NCBI GenBank assembly: GCA_963761335.1
Contig: CAVXGR010000018.1
Span: 160,001-224,000 of the forward strand
Length of the DNA stretch: 64,000 bases
Direction of reading: 5' to 3'
Source of the DNA: an uncultured delta proteobacterium
GTDB lineage: Bacteria > Desulfobacterota > Binatia > HRBIN30 > BPIQ01
The position numbers and the translations under genes are program-made. The notes under the pieces were generated by a model. That model saw only the letters and a program-made list of their open reading frames with translations. It made no database searches and was not told the origin of the DNA. Of the stretch, positions 32,751-42,661 are shown in pieces (within the stretch, counting starts at the first letter, position 1; each line of letters begins with the position of its first letter).

Positions 32751-34196
32751 GTGAAGCAGCGGCGCTTGAAGGAGGTCGACGTCCGCACTCGTTCGGTCGC
32801 GCAGTTCGCGCAGATCCTCGGAGAGGCGGAGATGCACAGGTTCATCATCGATGTGAGCCTGCCGATGGTTCAACGCCTCGCCGGGCGGGTCGTCTGGCAG
32901 GTCAGCTCGACGGCGGTCGGCGGTGGGGTTGCGGAGATGCTGCGTCCGCTCGTCGGCTACGCTCGCGGTGCCGGAATCGACGCGCGTTGGGTCACCATCG
33001 GCGGCAATCCGGAGTTCTTCCGAATCACGAAGCGCATCCACCATGCGCTCCACGGGATGACGGGAGATGGCTCGGGCTTCGGGGACAGCGAGCGGCAGAT
33101 CTACGAGGAGACCTTGCGGCGCAATGCGGCCGTTCTCTGCGCCCGCGTGCAGCCGCGGGATATCGTCATGCTACACGATCCGCAGACGGTGGGTCTGGCC
33201 CCGGCGCTGGCACGGCAGGGCAACCACGTGATCTGGCGGTGCCACGTCGGTCGAGACACTCCCAACGAAGAGGTGGTGCGCGCCTGGTCCTTCCTCCGTC
33301 CCTACCTGGAGCACGCCAGCGCGTTCGTCTTCTCTCGCCCCGCGTACGTTCCGGAGTTCTGCGATCACGGCAAGGCGACCATCATCCAGCCCAGCATCGA
33401 TGCCTTTTCGGTGAAGAATCGAGACCTCGACGAAACGAAGGTGCGGACGATCCTGGTTCACGTCGGCTTGGTGGAGGGGCCCCCGCCGCCAAACCCCGAC
33501 CACACGTTCGAGCGGGATGACGGAACGCCCGCACGCGTCAAGCACGGCGCCGACGTGATACGGCTCGGTCGCGCCCCCACCTGGGAGACTCCCCTCGTCG
33601 TGCAGGTCTCTCGATGGGATCCACTCAAGGATCCCGTGGGAGTCATGAGCGGCTTTGCGGGGTTGCTCGAGCGGGGAGAGCAGCTGGGCGGAGCCAACCT
33701 GGTGCTCGCCGGACCAGACGTCAAGGCCGTGGCGGACGATCCCGAAGGGGCCGCGGTGCTGCAAGAGGTGGTGGACGCCTGGAGGGCGCTGCCCGACCCG
33801 GTGCGCGACCGCATCCATCTCGCCTCGTTGCCGAGCCGAGACGTGGATGAAAACGCGGTGGTCGTGAACGCACTGCAGCGACACGCGCACGTCATCGTGC
33901 AGAAGAGTCTACAGGAGGGATTCGGGCTCACGGTGACGGAAGCGATGTGGAAGGGGCGGCCGGTGATTGCCAGCGCCGTGGGTGGGATCCGGGACCAGAT
34001 CGAGAACGGCGTCAGCGGAGTCCTGCTGGATGACCCCACCGACCTGGAGGCCTTCGGCGCCGCTCTGAAAAGTGTGATCGACGATCGCGACTACGCCCGC
34101 CGGCTCGGCGAGGGCGCGTCCCAGCGCATCCGCGAGCACTTCCTCGGCGTGCGTCATCTGCAGCAGTACGCCGAGCTGATCGCCTCGCTCGATTGA
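32751..34196 (+). CDS. treT: TreT-like trehalose synthase glycosyltransferase (GT4)
   Basis: SSTAVGGGVAEML, FFRITKRIHHALHG, HDPQ, VSRWDPLKDP, QKSLQEGFGLTVTEAMWK. Confidence 0.85.
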   Translation: MKQRRLKEVDVRTRSVAQFAQILGEAEMHRFIIDVSLPMVQRLAGRVVWQVSSTAVGGGVAEMLRPLVGYARGAGIDARWVTIGGNPEFFRITKRIHHALHGMTGDGSGFGDSERQIYEETLRRNAAVLCARVQPRDIVMLHDPQTVGLAPALARQGNHVIWRCHVGRDTPNEEVVRAWSFLRPYLEHASAFVFSRPAYVPEFCDHGKATIIQPSIDAFSVKNRDLDETKVRTILVHVGLVEGPPPPNPDHTFERDDGTPARVKHGADVIRLGRAPTWETPLVVQVSRWDPLKDPVGVMSGFAGLLERGEQLGGANLVLAGPDVKAVADDPEGAAVLQEVVDAWRALPDPVRDRIHLASLPSRDVDENAVVVNALQRHAHVIVQKSLQEGFGLTVTEAMWKGRPVIASAVGGIRDQIENGVSGVLLDDPTDLEAFGAALKSVIDDRDYARRLGEGASQRIREHFLGVRHLQQYAELIASLD

Positions 34197-34237
34197 ATCA
34201 GCTCGGCCGCCTCAGCGCGATCGGGCCGTCGCCGATG

Positions 34238-35083
34238 CTACCCGGCATAGGTGCGCCGCCAGGCGGGGCCGTCGCGGCGCACTTCGCCTTCGGCTTCGAG
34301 CTTGCGGAGGTGGGCGTTGACGGACATGGCGGCGGCAAAGTGCAGCGCCTCGGGGACGTCGGCGTAGACGCGTTTGACGATGGCCGTAGTCTCGTCGAGG
34401 CCGTCGCCGAGGCAGGTGAGGATCTGGCGCTCGCGCAGCTCGCGGTGGGCAATGTACTGCTCGATCTTCTCGTGCGGGTTGTGAATCGCCGGGCCGTGGG
34501 CCGGGTAGATGACCTCGACGTCGAGCTCGAGCAGGCGGCGCAGCGAGCCCAGGTAATCGCCGAGATCGCCGTCGTCGGGGATCACCGTGGTGCCGGCGCC
34601 GAGGACGACGTCGCCGGTGAACAGCGCCTTCTCCTCCTCGAGATAGAAGCAGAGGTGGTCCCGAGCGTGTCCGGGAGTCCAGAGGGCGCGCAGGGTGGCG
34701 CCCTCGGTGGCGACCGTGTCGCCATCGGCGAGCGCCGTGAACGAGAGACCGGCGGGGTCGCGCTGTGGCCACGGCATCTTGTAGAGCGGCACCGGTCCGA
34801 AGGCTTGCTGCAGCTGCTCGACGCCGCCGATGTGGTCGGGATGGCCGTGGGTGAGCACGATCGCCTGCAGCCCGTCGCAGGGGCGCAGCGAGCCGCAGGT
34901 CTCCTGCAGGAGTGGCAGATAGGCCGCAATTCCCTGGCCAGTGTCGAGCAGGAGGGGGCGGGGGCCGTTGCCGACGAGATAGGTGTTGGTGCCTGGGCCG
35001 GTGAACCAGCCCGGGTTGAGGCCGAGAACCACGGTGACCAGCGGACTCCACACCGCCGCCTGCGGCATCTGCATGCCGGCCAT
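34238..35083 (-). CDS. LACTB2-like MBL-fold hydrolase
   Basis: NPGWFTGPGTNTYLVG, THGHPDHIGG, TPGHARDH, FTGD, PAHG; start uncertain. Confidence 0.88.
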   Translation of the reverse strand: MAGMQMPQAAVWSPLVTVVLGLNPGWFTGPGTNTYLVGNGPRPLLLDTGQGIAAYLPLLQETCGSLRPCDGLQAIVLTHGHPDHIGGVEQLQQAFGPVPLYKMPWPQRDPAGLSFTALADGDTVATEGATLRALWTPGHARDHLCFYLEEEKALFTGDVVLGAGTTVIPDDGDLGDYLGSLRRLLELDVEVIYPAHGPAIHNPHEKIEQYIAHRELRERQILTCLGDGLDETTAIVKRVYADVPEALHFAAAMSVNAHLRKLEAEGEVRRDGPAWRRTYAG

Positions 35084-35177
35084 CGAGTCGGTAACGATGC
35101 GCGTCGGGTTGCTCACCGGCCTCAGATTAGCTGCCGCGCCGGCGCCTGTCACCTGGGTGGCCGCGCCCCCAGGGCGG

Positions 35178-36413
35178 TCACGGCGAGGCGGCGAGCACCT
35201 CGACCATGACCTGGGCGCTGACCTTGTCGCCGCTGGACGACTCGGTGACGGTCACCGTGGGGAAGTAGATACCCGGAGTGACATAGGTGTGCTCCGGGCT
35301 CGGCTGCGTGCTGGTCGCGGTCCCGTCGTCGAAGTCCCACTCGATCGACACCAGCCCGGAGCCGCGGATGGTCGGCATCAGGTTCACGGTCAGCGGAGCG
35401 GTGCCCGAGGGCACGTCGACCAAAGCGGTGACGCTCAGGGGCACGGTGTTGACGCCGCTGCTGACCTCGACCTGAACGACGTCGCGCTCGGTGCTGCCGT
35501 CCGAATCGACGGCGGTCACCTGCACGAGGTAGATGCCGTCCAGGGTGAAGGCGTGGCGCGGCGCCGGACCGAAATCGTTGGGGCTACCGTCGCCGAAGTT
35601 CCACTCGTAGTCGACGCTGCCGACCTCGTTCTCTGCGGCGGCGTGGAAGAGGACGTTGAGCGGAGCGCGGCCGCGTTCCGGGTCGGCGCTGGCGGTGACT
35701 TGCAGGGAGCGCTCCGTCGGCGGGAAAGCCTCGATCACCGTGAAGGCGCGCTGCGTCTCGCCGTCTCCTTCCAGAGTGGCCTCGACCACGTAGTTGCCGG
35801 GCTCGGCGTATTCGTGCGAGGTGCTGGCGCGGCCGCTGCGGGTGCCGTCGCCGAACGACCAGACGACCTGTTGCAGGGAGGGGATGCTCACGTCGGTGAG
35901 CGCGAAGGTCACCTGTACCGGGGTTGCCCCTTTGCGGCGGGACTCCTGCACGTTGGCGGCGCCGCCCTCCGCGGGCGCGATCGCGAAGCCGGCGGGCTTG
36001 GCGACGGCGCCGTCGAGGATGACGTTGACCATCTGCAGGTCGACGTTCTCCGGGAGGCCGCGCAGCGAGATGCTGGCGGTCTGCGTGCTGATGAAGTCGA
36101 TGGTAATGTCACCGGCGGGTACCTGGGAGAGGGTGAAGCTGTGGGTTACCGGATCGACGACGGTCTGCACCTCGGGCGCTTCGCGTACCTGCACCACGAC
36201 CGCCGCGCTGGCGTCCCCGGCCGGGGCATTGAGCGCCAGGGTGGCGGCGCCCGTAGAGGTGGCCGCCAGCGAGCCGCTCACGGTGGCAAAGCCGATGCCG
36301 GTGCCGATGCCGCTGCCGCGCGTGCCGCCATCGCAGGCGCAGAGAACGGCGAGGACGAGCACCCACCACCACCGCGCCGAACAGCGTCCGATCTGTGACA
36401 TAGATTGCCTCAT
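35178..36413 (-). CDS. Lipoprotein with three PKD domains
   Basis: Lipobox LCAC, GGTRGSGIGTG, then WSFGDG, WNFGDG and WDFDDG each followed by H.Y/F...G.Y. Confidence 0.85.
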   Translation of the reverse strand: MRQSMSQIGRCSARWWWVLVLAVLCACDGGTRGSGIGTGIGFATVSGSLAATSTGAATLALNAPAGDASAAVVVQVREAPEVQTVVDPVTHSFTLSQVPAGDITIDFISTQTASISLRGLPENVDLQMVNVILDGAVAKPAGFAIAPAEGGAANVQESRRKGATPVQVTFALTDVSIPSLQQVVWSFGDGTRSGRASTSHEYAEPGNYVVEATLEGDGETQRAFTVIEAFPPTERSLQVTASADPERGRAPLNVLFHAAAENEVGSVDYEWNFGDGSPNDFGPAPRHAFTLDGIYLVQVTAVDSDGSTERDVVQVEVSSGVNTVPLSVTALVDVPSGTAPLTVNLMPTIRGSGLVSIEWDFDDGTATSTQPSPEHTYVTPGIYFPTVTVTESSSGDKVSAQVMVEVLAASP

Positions 36414-37243
36414 TTCACGTTCTCATCGTCGTGAAAGTAGTAGACGCCCATGACGACTCGCTTGCGGTCGCCGCCGGGGGCCTGCGGATTGCGGTCGCGG
36501 TCGTGCGCGGCAATGAGCTTGTTCACGCGGCGCAGGAATGTCTCCCCGAGGCGGCGCAGCTCGGCGCGGAGATCGGGGAGACCGTCGCCACCGACGTTGT
36601 CGTAGATGACCTTCTGCTGCAGAAATGCATCGTGGGCCGGTGATTCGAGATTGTGCGCGACGACGCTGGTGAACTCGGCGACGTCCTCTCCCAGCATCTC
36701 GAGACGCTCGCTACTATCCGTCGCTGGAATGTAGGCTTTTTGCAACAGGCGCACGTCGCGGGTGGCCTGCAGCTCCACCGAGCCGACGCGCACCAGCTCG
36801 TCGAGCAGGGCGCGCGGCGGGATGTCGCCGCCGACGCGGCGCACCAGCTCGCAGAAGCTTGGGGCTTTGCGATCGCGCGCTTCGAACGGCAGCACGCGGG
36901 GATTTCCCGAGTCGGTATGGTAGCGCGGATCGTTGCTCCACACGTCGACGAAGCGAGTGGCGAGATTGGCGTCGAGCCGGGTTGGCGCGGGACGCGCGCG
37001 CGTGCTGCGCAGGCGCGCCACGTCGCGGCGGCTGAGCCCGGTGAGCAGGGCGATGCGGCTGTCGGTCTGGCGCCGCCCGGGCAGCGGAAAGTCGTCGTCG
37101 GCCACCTGAAAGTAGACGCGCTTGGCGATCTCCGCGAAGGCGCCGAAGGTGATCCCGTGGCGCAGCATCTGCCGGATCAGTGGCCGGAGAGCTCGCTGCG
37201 CTGCGCGGATCAGTACGGATTCTCGGCTCAAGTCGCTCGCCAC
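36410..37243 (-). CDS. DUF6502-like protein
   Basis: LRPLIRQMLRHGI, SRIALLTGLSRRDV, W..DPRY, SFCELVR..GGDIPPRALLDEL; GTG start inferred. Confidence 0.75.
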   Translation of the reverse strand: MASDLSRESVLIRAAQRALRPLIRQMLRHGITFGAFAEIAKRVYFQVADDDFPLPGRRQTDSRIALLTGLSRRDVARLRSTRARPAPTRLDANLATRFVDVWSNDPRYHTDSGNPRVLPFEARDRKAPSFCELVRRVGGDIPPRALLDELVRVGSVELQATRDVRLLQKAYIPATDSSERLEMLGEDVAEFTSVVAHNLESPAHDAFLQQKVIYDNVGGDGLPDLRAELRRLGETFLRRVNKLIAAHDRDRNPQAPGGDRKRVVMGVYYFHDDENVK

Positions 37244-37655
37244 CCCCGTTGCTTCATACCATAGATGGACAAGGACAAACAACTGTTCATGTGCAGTGAC
37301 GCACACAAAAAGTTCACCTCCTGACGACAAAAACAAAAAAATATCTTGACAGATGTGTGTGCTTTGTGTGAGTATCTGCACACGGCGATGGCAATAGGGT
37401 CATCGTCAAAACAGTCTGGGGCCCGCCCTCGAACCGGCCCACGATGGGCGGGCCCCCAGGCTGCTCTTCGAAGTGAGAAGAGTGAAGCTCCGGGCCGCGG
37501 TGCGGTGGACCCCGCGAGCTTCCATATGTATCCCGAATTTCTGCGCGCCCTTGCCGCGCTTCGACCTTTGCCGTACGGTTCCGCTGCTCAGTGAGTGCGG
37601 CATTGCGGTGGCGGCTGCGCGGGGAACTGCGGTTCGCGATTGGGGGGAGCTCAGA

Positions 37656-38582
37656 GTGAGGGGATGCCTGAAGCGACTGTGGCTGGTGCTGCTCGCCGGA
37701 GTGTTGGCGGCGTGTGGCTCCTCGGGTGCTCCCTCGATCTCGGCGACGCCGACCTCCACGCAGTCCGTGCCGACGCCGATCCTCTCGCCGATACCCACTG
37801 ACACGGCAGCGCCGACATCGACGGTCCTGGCCACGGCGACCGTCTCTTCTCCCCGCTCACCGACCGCCGTTTCGGCGACCGCGACCCCGGGTGGCGGGGA
37901 GACGGCGACGCCGGGCTCGGTTCCTTCGGCCACGGCGACGCCATCCCCGATGGATCAGGGGCCGGTGATCACCTTTTTCGGTCTGATGCGACCGGACGGC
38001 TGCCAGACGGGCTGTTTCCAGACGGTGTGCTTTTGCCGCGTCACCCCGACGCCGATGTACGATGACGGCGGAGAGCGCATGTTGTTCGAGTCTCGCGGTG
38101 CTGGACGTGGGCTTCTGGTCATCGAGGCGAAGCCGGGGCGCAGCAGCTTGCCACCGGGAATCGTTTTGACCCCCGAGCAAGCGGGGGAGCGTCCCGATCT
38201 GCTGATCGAGTCGAGCCAGGCGCTCGGAAACGGCAGCGCCGCTGTCTGCGATCTCGGCCCGCCGCCGCCGGAGGGCGAAGGCGGCGGCATTCCCGCCATT
38301 GATCCGCCCGACTTCGGTGCGGGAGATTCGATCACCGCAGCGCTGCTGGACTTCGCGTGTCGCTTTGCGGTGCAGCCCACCGCCGGAGAAGCCTGCACTC
38401 TCAACAGCTTCGGGGACTACGCCTTCCGCAGCCCCGACTCGACCATCCAGTACTGCAATCAGTTCGCCGCGGTATCCGCCTTCCCCGTGGGGCGCACGGT
38501 GCTGACGGCGCGGCTTCGCGACGTCGCCGGCAATCTCGGTCCGCCGGCGCAGATCGTCATCGACAACCCGGGCGATTCCTGA
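37656..38582 (+). CDS. Hypothetical lipoprotein with S/T/P-rich linker and Cys-containing domain
   Basis: Lipobox LAAC; TPTPS-type low complexity; start inferred. Confidence 0.7.
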   Translation: MRGCLKRLWLVLLAGVLAACGSSGAPSISATPTSTQSVPTPILSPIPTDTAAPTSTVLATATVSSPRSPTAVSATATPGGGETATPGSVPSATATPSPMDQGPVITFFGLMRPDGCQTGCFQTVCFCRVTPTPMYDDGGERMLFESRGAGRGLLVIEAKPGRSSLPPGIVLTPEQAGERPDLLIESSQALGNGSAAVCDLGPPPPEGEGGGIPAIDPPDFGAGDSITAALLDFACRFAVQPTAGEACTLNSFGDYAFRSPDSTIQYCNQFAAVSAFPVGRTVLTARLRDVAGNLGPPAQIVIDNPGDS

Positions 38583-38661
38583 GGCACTCCTCGGCTTTCT
38601 GGGTCGGCGCCGGTCTGCTATGCACGGCAGGCGGAGAGCGATCGCAAAGGGAGGGAGCCGA

Positions 38662-39435
38662 ATGGAGTTCGTCAAGTACGAGAAGAAGGGTCATCTCGTC
38701 TATGTGACCATCAACCGGCCGGAGGTGATGAACGCCCTGCACCCGCCCGCCAATGACGAGCTCTCGCAGGCGTGGGACCAGTTCGCCGCCGACGCCGATG
38801 CCTGGGTGGCGATCCTCACCGGCAGCGGCGAGAAGGCTTTCTCCGCCGGCAACGACCTCAAGTACAGCGCCCAGCACGGCATGGCCGCCGTGACCCTGCC
38901 GGCGGGCGGCTTCGGGGGCATCACCGCGCGCTTCGATCTCTTCAAGCCGATCATCGCCGCGGTCAATGGCCTGGCGCTGGGCGGCGGCTTCGAGATCGCT
39001 CTGGCGTGTGACCTGATCATCGCCGCGGATCACGCCCGCTTCGGTCTTCCGGAGCCGCGCGTCGGCTTGGCGGCGCTCGCCGGCGGCATGCACCGCCTGC
39101 CGCGCCACATTCCCCTCAAGCAGGCGATGGGAATGATGCTCACCGGCCGGCAGATCTCGGCGGCCGAGGCGCAGGCGCTCGGGCTGGTGAACGAGTGCGT
39201 CGACAAGGCGGAGCTGATCCCCGCGGCGGAGCGCTGGGCGGCGCAGATCCTCGAGTGCTCGCCCACCTCGGTGCGCGCCTCGAAGCAGGCCGCCATGCTC
39301 GGCCTCGGGCTGCCGCTCGAGCAGGCAATGGGCCAGTCGTACTCTCTCGTCGGCGATCTCTTTCGCTCCGAGGACATGATGGAGGGGGTCATGGCTTTCG
39401 CTCAGAAGCGCAAGCCGGAGTGGAAGGGTAAGTGA
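38662..39435 (+). CDS. Enoyl-CoA hydratase (CaiD-like)
   Basis: AFSAGNDL, KPIIAAVNGLALGGGFE, FGLPEPRVG. Confidence 0.93.
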   Translation: MEFVKYEKKGHLVYVTINRPEVMNALHPPANDELSQAWDQFAADADAWVAILTGSGEKAFSAGNDLKYSAQHGMAAVTLPAGGFGGITARFDLFKPIIAAVNGLALGGGFEIALACDLIIAADHARFGLPEPRVGLAALAGGMHRLPRHIPLKQAMGMMLTGRQISAAEAQALGLVNECVDKAELIPAAERWAAQILECSPTSVRASKQAAMLGLGLPLEQAMGQSYSLVGDLFRSEDMMEGVMAFAQKRKPEWKGK

Positions 39436-39684
39436 GGCAGGCGCTCGGGCCCGTCTGCGCCGCCGCTCTGTGCGGACTGCTGGCGGCGTCGGCGGCGCCG
39501 GCGACGCCTACCGAGACCGGCGAGAGCCGGGACCCCAGCCGCCGGCGCCGGAGCGCGCCGGGCTGAACTGGTCTCTGTGATCGCCGCCGTTCGCCGCACG
39601 GCTGGCGCCGCAGCCTCGCCCTCCCGGGACGAACTTGCTAATGTGCTGGGGTTACTCTGACTACGATTCCCCGCGAGGCGCCGA

Positions 39685-40245
39685 ATGCATCCCATCCGTT
39701 CATTGTCGTTGATCCTGGTTGCCGGCACAGCGCTGGCGGCCTGCGACATGCCCTTCTGGCAGAAGTGGAAGCCGGCCGGTGAGGCCGCGGACGTCGCGGC
39801 TGCCGAGACTCCGGCGCCGCTCGCCGCCGCAGAGACGCCGGGTATCGCTGCCCAGCCGCCACCGGTGGCAAGCCAGGCGGCCGCCGCCGAGCCCACACCG
39901 TCGCACCCGGTGACCCAGGCCGACAAGCTCTTCGTCGACTTCTGCCAGGAGTGGATGCACAAGCTCGAGGCGCGCGAGGAGTACAACATCAAGCACATCG
40001 ACTGGCATCTGCAGGACGGCAAGTACATCGGCCAGTACACCGGCTACAGCGAGGATCACACCTGCCAGGTCAAGGACGGCAACGGACCCAAGGCGACCAC
40101 CGTCGGCAAGATCCTCTATCGCGAGATGCTCTACAAGAAGGAAGGAGTGACCAAGGAGCAGGCGGCCACGGCGCGCCCGCAGGTCATCGAGATCACCGAG
40201 ACCACGGAGATCTTCCGCTACGGCAAGGGCAAGTGGACCTGGTGA
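39685..40245 (+). CDS. Hypothetical lipoprotein
   Basis: Lipobox LAAC, Ala/Pro linker, globular C-terminus. Confidence 0.75.
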   Translation: MHPIRSLSLILVAGTALAACDMPFWQKWKPAGEAADVAAAETPAPLAAAETPGIAAQPPPVASQAAAAEPTPSHPVTQADKLFVDFCQEWMHKLEAREEYNIKHIDWHLQDGKYIGQYTGYSEDHTCQVKDGNGPKATTVGKILYREMLYKKEGVTKEQAATARPQVIEITETTEIFRYGKGKWTW

Positions 40246-40777
40246 TGCCGCCGGCCAGCCGCGACATCTACCGCGGTCGCATCGTCTGGCTGCGCCTCGA
40301 AGAGGTCACCCTGCCGAACGGTCTGACCATCGAGCTGGAAGTGGTCCGCCATGCGGGTGCCTCCGCCATCGTCCCGCTGGACGAATCGGGGCAGGTGACT
40401 CTGATTCACCAGTTCCGTTACGCCGCCGGCGGCTACATTTGGGAGATTCCCGCCGGCATTCTCAAGCCGGGAGAGGCGCCGCACGCCTGCGCCGCCCGCG
40501 AGCTGCGCGAGGAGGTCGGTCTGACCGCAGCCGAGCTGACGCCGCTCGGCAGCGTGCTCACGGCCCCCGGCTTCTGTGACGAGCGCATCCACCTCTTCCT
40601 GGCCCGCCAGCTGTCGCCGGCGCCCCAGGAGCTCGATGCCGACGAGGTGCTCAGCGTGCGCTCGATGCCGCTGGCGGAAGCGCTGTCCATGGTGCAGAGC
40701 GGCGCCATCGACGACGCCAAGACGATCGCCGGGCTGACGCGTGCCGCCGCCCGCATCGCGGCGACGGACGAGAGACG

Positions 40778-40781
<4 letters not shown>
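40245..40781 (+). CDS. NUDIX hydrolase (ADP-ribose pyrophosphatase-like)
   Basis: QFRY, EIPAG...AARELREEVG, DAKTI; start at MPPASRD. Confidence 0.9.
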
Positions 40782-41827
<1,046 letters not shown>

Positions 41828-41872
41828 CCGGCCAGCTTGACACGCCGCGCCATTTCGTAGTCTGGTTTCGCC

Positions 41873-42385
41873 ATGACCCGCGCTCCCGATCGCCGCAAGA
41901 CAGCCGGCAAGGCCGACCGCGCTGCGCTGCTTCGCCCAGAGGACGTGCGCGAGCATCTGCTGGAAAAGGCGCGGCTGATCGCCCCGGGAGACATCGACAC
42001 GTTGGTGGCGCGCACCGACGAGGCGCGCCGCAAGGGCGACAGTGCCGCCGCCGATCATCCGCTCATGCAGCGGCAGCTCGATCTCGCCCTGGAGCTGCTC
42101 GGCGACTTTGCGGCCGAGGAGTGCCCGCAGATCCCCTACCACACCGTCTCGCTTCTCGCCGTCGCCGTCTTCTATCTGTTGGCGCCGGTGGACTTCATCC
42201 CCGACTTCATTCCCGGCATCGGCCTCAGCGACGATGCTTTGGTGATGGAGCTGGCCTTCGAGATGGCCACCGCGGGGCTGGAGCGCTACTGCCTCTGGAA
42301 GGGATTGCCGCTGGACGGTCTCGTCGGCCGCGGACCGGTGGCGCCTTCGGATCGCCCGCGTCCGAAGCCTAGAGACGGTTGTTAG
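41873..42385 (+). CDS. YkvA/DUF1232 family protein
   Basis: YLLAPVDFIPDFIPGIGLSDD. Confidence 0.85.
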   Translation: MTRAPDRRKTAGKADRAALLRPEDVREHLLEKARLIAPGDIDTLVARTDEARRKGDSAAADHPLMQRQLDLALELLGDFAAEECPQIPYHTVSLLAVAVFYLLAPVDFIPDFIPGIGLSDDALVMELAFEMATAGLERYCLWKGLPLDGLVGRGPVAPSDRPRPKPRDGC

Positions 42386-42514
42386 GTTGTTAGGTTGTTG
42401 AGTTGTTAGGTTGTTGGGTTGTCGTGTGGTCAAACGATTTCCGTCTAACACCTAACACCTAACACCTAACACCTAACAACCAACAACCTGTCCACCTGTC
42501 CACCTGTCCACCTA
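42378..42514. repeat. Short tandem repeats (GTTGTTAG)n, (CTAACAC)4 and (CTGTCCAC)3 in partly inverted arrangement
   Basis: Read directly from sequence. Confidence 0.9.
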
Positions 42515-42661
42515 CGGTTGCTCGCGCGTGTCGATGTCGAGCGGCGCGTGCAGATGGTCCCTGGTCACCGGTGCCTTGAGCACGCGATAGAAACAGAACG
42601 CGCTCAGCACCAGCACAAAGCCGATGGAGCTGAGCATGAGGATCCAGCCGGCGAGCGTCAC
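42512..42661 (-). CDS. Small membrane protein coupled to NSS transporter (MetS-like small subunit)
   Basis: 49 aa with one TM helix; GTG start overlaps the transporter stop (GTGA). Confidence 0.7.
   Translation of the reverse strand: MTLAGWILMLSSIGFVLVLSAFCFYRVLKAPVTRDHLHAPLDIDTREQP

Noticed and set aside
39500..39600. GC-rich hairpin as SRP or 6S RNA
   Set aside because: The SRP GGAA-tetraloop consensus is absent and no convincing 6S structure was found; pairing is explainable by GC content.
41837..41863. Sigma70 promoter TTGACA...TAGTCT before the YkvA-like gene
   Set aside because: The spacer is only 15 bp, too weak to call.
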